The notes below the pieces were generated by a model. The model was not told the origin of the DNA. It was given only the letters and a program-made list of their open reading frames with translations, and did no database searches. Of a DNA stretch of 64,000 nt, positions 56,703 to 64,000 are shown piece by piece. Source of the stretch: a virus; IMG/VR virus record IMGVR_UViG_3300009314_000709, positions 1-64,000 of that record. The stretch is one strand, 5' to 3'. The first letter of the stretch is position 1. Every line of letters starts with the position of its first letter. The position numbers were made by a program, and so were the translations under genes.

Positions 56703-57986
56703 ATGCTAACGGCGAATAGAATACACGAGTTCCTGGACAAATACACCATCGTTGAAGGTTTGCCAATCATCTTAGACCCTGAGCGATCCAATGGAGTTTG
56801 GGTCGTGGATATGATTACTGGCAAGAAATACCTTGATTGCACTAGTTTGTTTGGTACTGCGCCAGTCGGTTTCAATCATCACATCATGTTCCGGGAATCA
56901 CAAGAGTGCTTTGTGGGCGTGCCGCATCTCAAGATACCACACGGAGAAGTCTATACGTGTTGGTATGCAGATTTCATTGAAGCCTTCCTCAAAAAAGCCC
57001 TGCCGGATTACTTCAAGTACGTCGTTTGCTGCCCGAGCACGGACGAGGCCATAGACGCCAGCCTTAAAATTGCTTTCGACTGGAAGGCTAAGAAGCTAGG
57101 GATGGGGGATGGCTTTGCCCAATCATTCGATGTGATCCATTTCGCAGAGTCCTACCACGGTTCCTCTGTCTATGCTCTAAGTGCTAGTGATACCACTGTT
57201 CGGAGCAATCACTGCTACCCTCGTTTCAATTGGACGATGGTTCCCAATCCTAAAGTCAGGTTTCCCAGCACATCTCAAGTTGAAACCAACGAAACACATG
57301 CCCTGATTGCTATGAAAAAGGCGATTCACAAAGGGAACGTTGCCGCAATTCTCATGGAGCCGCTGCAAGACAAAGGGGGGAACAATCTATTTAGAGAAGG
57401 GTTCTTGAAGCAAGTACGAGACCTAGCAAGCGAATCCAACACACTACTAATCTTCAATGAATGTAATGTGGGATTCGGGCCATCTGGCAAATGGTGGTGC
57501 CACCAAACATTTGATATACGACCTGACTTAATGGTTTTCGGCGGCCGGACACAAGTCGCAGGTGTGGTGGCGACAGAAAAACTCGACGAAGTAAAGAGAC
57601 ATTGTTTCAATCACGAGCGCAATCGCCTTGAAACAAAGTGGGGGGGCGACTTGGCGGATATGGTGAGATGCGAAATCTACATGCAAATCATCGAAAAAGA
57701 AGACCTGCTCAAGCAGGCGAAAAAGATTGGTGAATACATGCTGGCGAAGCTAAGGGAACTCGAAGCAGTGTCAGCTAAGATTAGCAACACACGAGGTATC
57801 GGTACGTTGACTGCCTTCGATCTACCCAATTCTATGTCGAGAAACTTGGTCCTCTCATACCTGCAAAAACACATGTTAATTAGGGGCTGCGGTTTGCAGT
57901 CCATTTGCTTCCGACCGCCACTAATTTTTGGCAAGGAAGAAGCTGATCTTACTATGGATTATATCAGAAAGGCATTGATACTATGA
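56703..57986 (+). CDS. L-lysine 6-transaminase-like class III aminotransferase lacking PLP-site residues
   Basis: G..YLD, GFNH, A.KIAFDWK, P.F.W....P, ILMEPLQ..GG, TWGG-like; NECNVG and FGGRTQV replace DEVQTG and FGKKTQV. Confidence 0.8.
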   Translation: MLTANRIHEFLDKYTIVEGLPIILDPERSNGVWVVDMITGKKYLDCTSLFGTAPVGFNHHIMFRESQECFVGVPHLKIPHGEVYTCWYADFIEAFLKKALPDYFKYVVCCPSTDEAIDASLKIAFDWKAKKLGMGDGFAQSFDVIHFAESYHGSSVYALSASDTTVRSNHCYPRFNWTMVPNPKVRFPSTSQVETNETHALIAMKKAIHKGNVAAILMEPLQDKGGNNLFREGFLKQVRDLASESNTLLIFNECNVGFGPSGKWWCHQTFDIRPDLMVFGGRTQVAGVVATEKLDEVKRHCFNHERNRLETKWGGDLADMVRCEIYMQIIEKEDLLKQAKKIGEYMLAKLRELEAVSAKISNTRGIGTLTAFDLPNSMSRNLVLSYLQKHMLIRGCGLQSICFRPPLIFGKEEADLTMDYIRKALIL

Positions 57987-58552
57987 GTTATTCCGAATGG
58001 GCAAAGAAGTTTGAGGAAGGGAAGAAGCGACCTAAACCCCACAAAACCGAGGAAGAAAAAAAGCAACTCAAACCTCACAAAATAGACAAAATAGTTTGGG
58101 AACCGATTCCCCAATCGGCAAGTGACAGGTTCGATAGAAAGTGGCCCAGCTTAGTGAATCCGTACATACCGGAAGTAGATAGACCAAGTTCTCAAGAGAA
58201 AGTTCATTTGCAGCAGAAAGCAGAGCAAGCCAAAAAACAGGCAGAATTACTTGAAGATGCTGTAATGGTTTACCGACTTTCTAGGGAAGGTCAAAATCCT
58301 CCCACAGATGTTGACCAGACCGCAGAGATGTATGACATTAGCAGGACAGACTCTGTTGAGTTGTTGCATCTCATCAGAAACATCATGGGAGATGAAGAAT
58401 ATCGTCGAGTGATCGCTAAGGTGTTCGATACAGAATCACCTCTGAAAACCGTTGAAATCCCACCGATCTATGACATACCCGATGATGTTAAAAATGCGTA
58501 TCGGGAACGAGGAATAAATCTAAGAAAGAGGTTTTCCGACGAAACTCCCTAG
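57983..58552 (+). CDS. hypothetical protein
   Basis: starts MSYSEWAKKFEE; ATGA overlap. Confidence 0.65.
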   Translation: MSYSEWAKKFEEGKKRPKPHKTEEEKKQLKPHKIDKIVWEPIPQSASDRFDRKWPSLVNPYIPEVDRPSSQEKVHLQQKAEQAKKQAELLEDAVMVYRLSREGQNPPTDVDQTAEMYDISRTDSVELLHLIRNIMGDEEYRRVIAKVFDTESPLKTVEIPPIYDIPDDVKNAYRERGINLRKRFSDETP

Positions 58553-59306
58553 CTTTTAACATCAACCTCGGCAACTTCGGCAAGGTCGTCTCTTTTTTGT
58601 AAATGGCGGCCTTGCTTTCACGTTCAGCCCATTTCTTCAAAACCGTTATGCGAACACCTTGAGAGTTGTTGAAAGTGGGAAATATCACGCCATTGATCTG
58701 GGCCGATGCAATCTTTTGCTTGATGGCAATCAGCTTCTTGTTGTGAAACACAGGTCCGCCAGAATCTCCAGGTATGGCCAACAAACCAGCACGTATAGAT
58801 ATCTCGTCAATGCCAGTGATCCGGCCATAATCCAACCTAGGAACTTCTCGACTGCCGCAACCTACTCCAATAATCTCATTGCCGAAGTAGAGTTTCTCAT
58901 CCATACCCAAGTCAGCAACAGGCATCTGCTTTTTCGATAGGAACATCATCAACGCCATGTCCCTATAGGGATGTTTAGCAATTATTCTCGCTGGATACCT
59001 TTTGCATTTTGACCTATCAATGGCAGACCAATCTTTGTAAGCAATCACGACTGCGTACGGTTCTGTAAAACGCTGAACAACGTGCTTGCATGTTAGGACG
59101 ACATTTATCCAGTCATCGCCGTCTTTTTCGCTGCGAATAATGGTACCGCTCCCAAAACCGCACCGATCAATTAGCTGTACGACCGGCCGCACACATTTTA
59201 GTTCAAGTTCTTTGTCAGGTACCCCAGCAAGCGACAAACTACTGTTAAGGGGGAGCGCAACAAATGCGAAAACAGCAGTCAAGAAAATGGTTGATGTATT
59301 ACTCAT
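58488..59306 (-). CDS. secreted trypsin-like serine protease
   Basis: signal peptide; GSGT, LTCKHVV, DMAL, PGDSGGP. Confidence 0.88.
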   Translation of the reverse strand: MSNTSTIFLTAVFAFVALPLNSSLSLAGVPDKELELKCVRPVVQLIDRCGFGSGTIIRSEKDGDDWINVVLTCKHVVQRFTEPYAVVIAYKDWSAIDRSKCKRYPARIIAKHPYRDMALMMFLSKKQMPVADLGMDEKLYFGNEIIGVGCGSREVPRLDYGRITGIDEISIRAGLLAIPGDSGGPVFHNKKLIAIKQKIASAQINGVIFPTFNNSQGVRITVLKKWAERESKAAIYKKETTLPKLPRLMLKAREFRRKTSFLDLFLVPDTHF

Positions 59307-59420
59307 ATTTCTTATCTAGGGGCGTTAGCTTGTTTTCAGGGAGGGGCTTACTCTAATATCATGCCCCATAATGAAGAATTCGCCCCGCCCCAACCTCATA
59401 GAAGTTGGGGTGGTTTAGAC

Positions 59421-59666
59421 TTATTTCTCTGCTGAGATAAATGATTGCAGATTGATCGTTACTGTAACATCACCAGCTTTTTCATTGAGTATTGTTATAC
59501 AGACTTCCCGCTTCTCTGGATCGAAGCTGAGAATCTCCCAATCATCTTCGTCTAAGCCATCGAAGAACTCTTTCTGCTTGCTGCCTTCTGTCAAGTAAGC
59601 AATGAGTGTATTCTTTGAGAGACGTTGTGTGTACTGGCACGCCCTTCGGTTGAAACTAGTTACCAT
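59421..59666 (-). CDS. hypothetical protein
   Basis: GAGG SD, TAAATA upstream. Confidence 0.6.
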   Translation of the reverse strand: MVTSFNRRACQYTQRLSKNTLIAYLTEGSKQKEFFDGLDEDDWEILSFDPEKREVCITILNEKAGDVTVTINLQSFISAEK

Positions 59667-59697
59667 GTCATCCTCGTAGTCTATCCGCTATATTTAG

Positions 59698-59991
59698 CTA
59701 CAACTGAGGATTTGCTATCTGAAAACCAGTTGCTGCGACGATACCTGTACCAAACTTGGTATTGTAGATGTTCTTGATCTCATCATCTGGGTCATCTACG
59801 AAGACCACGTGTTGTTTATCGATCTTAACATTATCATTCTTACCTAAAGTAGACAACGGCATCATACCTATTGACCCGTCGGGTGTTATTGCTACAAGCA
59901 TAGCGTCTTTCAAGAGATAGTACTCTGTCTCTTGTCTTACTTGGCCAATGACGTTTTCACCAGTTACCAATTTTACGTACTTAACATCCAC
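59698..59991 (-). CDS. T4-like phage Sm-fold small protein
   Basis: VKLVTGENVIG, I....VVF...P..EI...Y...FG.GI pattern. Confidence 0.65.
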   Translation of the reverse strand: MDVKYVKLVTGENVIGQVRQETEYYLLKDAMLVAITPDGSIGMMPLSTLGKNDNVKIDKQHVVFVDDPDDEIKNIYNTKFGTGIVAATGFQIANPQL

Positions 59992-60098
59992 GTAGCACCT
60001 CTTTCATTTTGTTTGATACTTTTACGGTAGTTTGCTCGCCACACTTTAGCTAATCAGACCGTAAAACAGGGTCTGACTCAGATGGCAAATAGGATGCG

Positions 60099-60299
60099 CT
60101 AGAAATACACTACCCCTCGAAGGCCATTCTTGACTTTCTGCATTACCTGTGTCCAAGTATGGCTGTTTTCGATATTGTCTCTTATGGAGTGCGGCACAAG
60201 TAGCAATTCAATCTGCGGAAGATTACGGGGGCTGATTTGGCTGGCATCTTCCGCCTCTAGCAAACAGACAATACGGCCTTCTGACAATAGGAATTTCAT
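60099..60299 (-). CDS. hypothetical protein
   Basis: GAGAGG SD. Confidence 0.5.
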   Translation of the reverse strand: MKFLLSEGRIVCLLEAEDASQISPRNLPQIELLLVPHSIRDNIENSHTWTQVMQKVKNGLRGVVYF

Positions 60300-60360
60300 A
60301 GTGCCTCTCCAATTCAACGAATCCGGCTAATCTTCTTAAAGTAGTGTACTACATACGAAT

Positions 60361-60579
60361 ATGATCGATTTCTTAACATGGTGTGATTCCTGTGATTCGA
60401 CATTGCTTGAATGGTATGTTTCTGTCGGTCATTCTGAAGATTGGAGTGATCCGAAGGCATCGGACGAGCGCTTGAATGATGCAAAGTATGCTGCTCGTGG
60501 GATACGTAGCAAGTATGTCGCCAACATGAAGGCGGACGGAAAGAGAAGCACCAGAAAATCAAAGAAACGGCCTAAATAG
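60361..60579 (+). CDS. small protein with capsid-targeting-like N-terminus
   Basis: MIDFLTW..LLE; TACATA 5 nt before ATG. Confidence 0.6.
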   Translation: MIDFLTWCDSCDSTLLEWYVSVGHSEDWSDPKASDERLNDAKYAARGIRSKYVANMKADGKRSTRKSKKRPK

Positions 60580-60611
60580 TCTAGCGTAATCCAGCTTACA
60601 AAGGAGTCGAA

Positions 60612-60893
60612 ATGGCGACAATTGAATTCAGAGTGAACTTGGAAACGGCTCTTCGTGAGTCAAATGTTCCAGTAACTAACCTACGAGCAGAAGGTGACAA
60701 CTTCCGAGAAACCCGTGACTCGTGGTTCCCCAATGATCTTCGCAACAACCGGATGTTCAAGCACGGTGATACGTTTACCGTGAGTGGAAGAAGGGCTAAG
60801 TACCTCAAGGACAACTATACGAGTGGTGCTTATCCACTCTTGACAATCGTTAGCGAGTCAATGGAGTTCACCGAAGCAGGGGAGATGCCCTAG
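60612..60893 (+). CDS. hypothetical protein
   Basis: AAGGAG SD, TAAATA upstream, KHGDTFTV.G..A.YLK. Confidence 0.7.
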   Translation: MATIEFRVNLETALRESNVPVTNLRAEGDNFRETRDSWFPNDLRNNRMFKHGDTFTVSGRRAKYLKDNYTSGAYPLLTIVSESMEFTEAGEMP

Positions 60894-61192
60894 TGAATAG
60901 CTTTGCGGACTTGTGGGAGATGGTATGCCGAGAGGGTGAGGAAGACGAGCCCCTACAGCAAGATGTCGGCGATTCCAAAGCTATCACAGTCCTTGTAAAG
61001 CAAGAACCAGAATTCTGGGAGAAGTTCGCCCAGCTTGCTCGTGCGGACCCCGAGAGTTTAGCCGGGCTACTAGGGGTCGACGAAGGCGACGTAATCACCT
61101 GGTACGGAAAAATCAAAGAGGCACAAGACGCCGCCGCCAGAGCCAAGGCGGAAAATGACAAAGACACAATGATACCAACTGGACAGATATGA
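60893..61192 (+). CDS. hypothetical protein
   Basis: MNSFADLWE; LAGLLGV....I..W HTH-like. Confidence 0.65.
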   Translation: MNSFADLWEMVCREGEEDEPLQQDVGDSKAITVLVKQEPEFWEKFAQLARADPESLAGLLGVDEGDVITWYGKIKEAQDAAARAKAENDKDTMIPTGQI

Positions 61193-61193
61193 T

Positions 61194-61577
61194 ATGAGAG
61201 GCACGATGATATCTTTTGAAGACTATGCCAGAAAGTACGGCAGTCTATTCATAGAAGAAGATGGGATGGCGGCACCAGCAGCAGCGGCAGCAGCAGCGGC
61301 ACCAGCAGCGGCAGGCGGCGACCAGCAGTCACTAGCTCAAAGCGAACACCAAATGGCTCAAAGTCTTTTTGACCAGAGAGTGGCACCTATGCTACAACGC
61401 CTGTCAAATGCAGCGGCTCTTGAACAGTTTTGGGGATTAGTGACCAATGCCGTTCTTCAGCATCCCAAAATGAGTGACACGATTCGAGCGAGAATTCAAC
61501 AGAAAAAGGGCGAAACGGCGCTCTCTGGCGTCGGCCTACAATCGCAACAACCAGCGTCTACTAATGGACCAGTATAA
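61194..61577 (+). CDS. hypothetical protein, paralogue of next gene
   Basis: ISFEDY..FIEED; LEQFWGL..A.L.HPKM. Confidence 0.7.
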   Translation: MRGTMISFEDYARKYGSLFIEEDGMAAPAAAAAAAAPAAAGGDQQSLAQSEHQMAQSLFDQRVAPMLQRLSNAAALEQFWGLVTNAVLQHPKMSDTIRARIQQKKGETALSGVGLQSQQPASTNGPV

Positions 61578-61578
61578 T

Positions 61579-62067
61579 ATGAGAAATGTAATCAATGACA
61601 TACAGCGTATTGCTGAAGCATACGCAAATCCACTTATAGAAAAAGAGACTGAGGACGGTTCGTTGATCTCTTTCGAGGACTACAACGAAATACGAGGTTT
61701 CTTTGAGGACAACGGAGGAACCTTAGCCCCAGCTATGGGATTTGGAGAGCCAGCAACTGATGCAGACCCTGCAATGGGCATGGGCACTCCTGATGCAGCA
61801 GACTCGGAGGAACCTGCTCCATCTCCCGACGACGAAGGGGGTGATCGCAGTGAGAACAAAGCAATTCAACAACTCTTTGATCGGCGTATCAAACCAGTTC
61901 TCGTCCAGGTACAGAACCCAGCCTCCTTAGAGCAATTTTGGGGTTTAATGATGTCAGCTATTCTCAGTCACCCCAAGATGAATAGCACACTTCGACAAGA
62001 ACTCATGCGGAAGACTGGCGAGAAGTCTCTTGCGGGTGTTGGTCTTGCTACCGGCCCAGCCGCATAA
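61579..62067 (+). CDS. hypothetical protein, paralogue of previous gene
   Basis: ISFEDY..FFEDN; LEQFWGL..A.L.HPKM. Confidence 0.7.
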   Translation: MRNVINDIQRIAEAYANPLIEKETEDGSLISFEDYNEIRGFFEDNGGTLAPAMGFGEPATDADPAMGMGTPDAADSEEPAPSPDDEGGDRSENKAIQQLFDRRIKPVLVQVQNPASLEQFWGLMMSAILSHPKMNSTLRQELMRKTGEKSLAGVGLATGPAA

Positions 62068-62117
62068 ATCCATCGTTGCCGTCTGCAAATAGAAAGCTAT
62101 CTCCCTCTAATATCCTC

Positions 62118-64000
62118 ATGGCGGAGATAGCTTTTTTTGCAGACGCAATCACCGATGAAAATGGGTTGCTGCCCATTTATGAGCATCTTGACTACACTTT
62201 TGATGGTGTGCAACCAGTCTCAGCAGGCGATCTCAAATCCTGCTCGCCCGAACTTGTCATTACAAATCAAGCCACATCTCTGTTAGAACTCACGAGCAAG
62301 TTCCCTGTTGTTTTCTTCTTAACAGAGCCAACGGGTTATCCTCTATTACAACCAGGCTTGTCGGTTCGACGCATCTTTCTCAATCCTCTTCGTATGCTAG
62401 AAGCGATGTTTGTGTTTTCATCTTTCGCAGCCAAGGAAATCGAGAGTGCTTATCGGATCAAGCCTATTGTTCAACTACCGATCATAAGACACGCACGGCA
62501 ACGACAACAAGGCAACAAGATTGTTCACTCTTATGTTCCGGGAAGTATTCAACAGGAGTTAACGAGGTGGAGATTTGTTCCCTACGAAAAACCATCTGAC
62601 TTCGAGGGAGCAGCACTTTATGTTGATATGACGAGTACATACGAGTGCGTAAATAGCCGCCTTTGTGTTGCAGCCGCACATGGTGTGCCTTGCGTGACGG
62701 CCGACAAGGGCTCCAATCCCGAATTGGCTAGCGGCGGTGATGTTCTCGTACCATTACACGTATCGGAAAGTAAGTGGTTAGAGGCGATTAAGGTAGGTTT
62801 GCGAGATAGACAGACCAATGGGGACAAGAACAAAAAGGCTAGCATGAGGTTTCAGAATATGGGAGACATTGACAAGCGAATTGAACGACTCACAAAACGT
62901 AAACGGGGCACATCCCTATTGCCAAAAATCGCCGCAAGACTTCAGGAAAGAAAAGCATTAGAGAAGATTGAAAAACTTAACAAGGAAAGGGCCAAGCGGA
63001 AGCCAGGTAGCTCCGTGAAAACGAAAGGACCGGTTATGGGACGAAGGGAAACGCTTGCTGAAAGAGAGCGACGAGCAAGGCGAAAACTAGAGAAGGTGCG
63101 ATCTAGGAGGAAAGAAGAGCATGGCGGGAAACCAACTTATCAAATCGTTGATACCCCATCGTGGTTTACAAACACAAAGTCCTGCGATGTATCAATCATC
63201 GTGCCAATGTACCGAAGTCGAGTGCACATCGAAAGACAAATCAGGGAGTGGGATATTCAAGATGACGGGCTTACTAAAGAAGTTATCTACGTAGACGACC
63301 TGTGTCCTCAGTACAGCGCTGAAGTCATCTTGCCTACCTGGGAAATCCACCGACAACACCTTAAAGGCAAACCGGTAGGCAAAATAATCTGCTCTCATAC
63401 GAACCGGGGATATGGACCTAACTGCAACCTTGGAGCCAAACATGCATTGGGTAGGTATCTAATCTTTCTCAATGCCGACGTTTTTGTGTTGCAGAACTGG
63501 GTCAAGCCGATGTTTGACTTGTGCGAAAACGATCCGCAAATCGGCATCGTAGGTAACATGCAGTTAGCTACTCGTGGCGAAGGAAACGTAATTGATTCTG
63601 CTGGTTCAGAATGGCATTGGACAGGCGGGCATTTTGAACACATTGGGCGCACTAGCTTTCAGACTAAACGCCTTCCTCAGCCCATGCGACTTACCACAGC
63701 CCCAAAGGAACTCAAAGTCCCCGCCGAGCGGGAAATGGTTACTGGCTGCTGCTTTATGATCCCTCGGAAAGTCTTTGACGAAATTGGCGGTTACGATGAG
63801 ATGTACAAAATCGGCTACTGGGAAGACAGCGATATGAACATGGCCGTCCGTGAAAAGGGCTACAAGATATACTTTCAACCCGAATCTAAAGTATTGCATG
63901 TTGGTGGCCACGCCAAAGCAGGCAGCCACTCTTACATGAAGCAGAATAGAAGGCGATTCTTTTTCCGTTGGGTTGATACAGGGTTCGTAGACAAAGTTGC
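62118..64000 (+). CDS. glycosyltransferase fusion (degenerate GT-B N-half, basic linker, GT2 C-half); truncated by window end, absent from ORF track
   Basis: manual translation from ATG 62118 shows no stop: AAAHGVPCVT.D.G.NPE; VSIIVPMY, YVDD, NRGYG..CN.GA, FLNAD, VTGCC, GYWEDSD. Confidence 0.85.
   Translation, partial: MAEIAFFADAITDENGLLPIYEHLDYTFDGVQPVSAGDLKSCSPELVITNQATSLLELTSKFPVVFFLTEPTGYPLLQPGLSVRRIFLNPLRMLEAMFVFSSFAAKEIESAYRIKPIVQLPIIRHARQRQQGNKIVHSYVPGSIQQELTRWRFVPYEKPSDFEGAALYVDMTSTYECVNSRLCVAAAHGVPCVTADKGSNPELASGGDVLVPLHVSESKWLEAIKVGLRDRQTNGDKNKKASMRFQNMGDIDKRIERLTKRKRGTSLLPKIAARLQERKALEKIEKLNKERAKRKPGSSVKTKGPVMGRRETLAERERRARRKLEKVRSRRKEEHGGKPTYQIVDTPSWFTNTKSCDVSIIVPMYRSRVHIERQIREWDIQDDGLTKEVIYVDDLCPQYSAEVILPTWEIHRQHLKGKPVGKIICSHTNRGYGPNCNLGAKHALGRYLIFLNADVFVLQNWVKPMFDLCENDPQIGIVGNMQLATRGEGNVIDSAGSEWHWTGGHFEHIGRTSFQTKRLPQPMRLTTAPKELKVPAEREMVTGCCFMIPRKVFDEIGGYDEMYKIGYWEDSDMNMAVREKGYKIYFQPESKVLHVGGHAKAGSHSYMKQNRRRFFFRWVDTGFVDKV

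Noticed and set aside
1-64000. CRISPR arrays, tRNA genes, rRNA, transposases or integrases
   Set aside because: No regularly spaced repeats, cloverleaf/T-loop-CCA signatures or recombinase motifs seen by eye; tRNAscan-SE and a CRISPR finder would be needed to exclude them
1-64000. Stop-codon reassignment as seen in some jumbo phages
   Set aside because: Conserved genes are full length in code 11 and TAA, TAG and TGA all end genes at expected positions

Overview
This 64-kb window looks like part of a large T4-like (myovirus) jumbo-phage genome. It is densely coding in the standard genetic code. It carries a tail/neck module (sheath, three tail-tube paralogues, gp15-, gp13-, gp14- and gp26/gp51-like genes), a gp55-like sigma factor, nucleotide-metabolism genes (pyrG, thyA, folA, Nudix), a Holliday-junction resolvase, several glycosyltransferase and sugar-nucleotide genes, three proteases and dispersed phiEco32-like ligase/amidotransferase genes. 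A few proteins hint at a Planctomycetota-like host (inference only). The main finding is an unannotated ~297-nt RNase P RNA on the minus strand (45783-46079), whose P4 core differs from the consensus sequence but keeps every base pair. A second ~445-nt end-paired structured RNA lies 2 kb away. Other findings are two candidate -1 programmed frameshifts (one adds a zinc ribbon), about 18 proteins sharing a T4 capsid-targeting-like N-terminal motif, a recurrent TANATA late-promoter motif and a PLP-site-dead aminotransferase. All product calls come from motifs read by eye; no database search or folding program was run.
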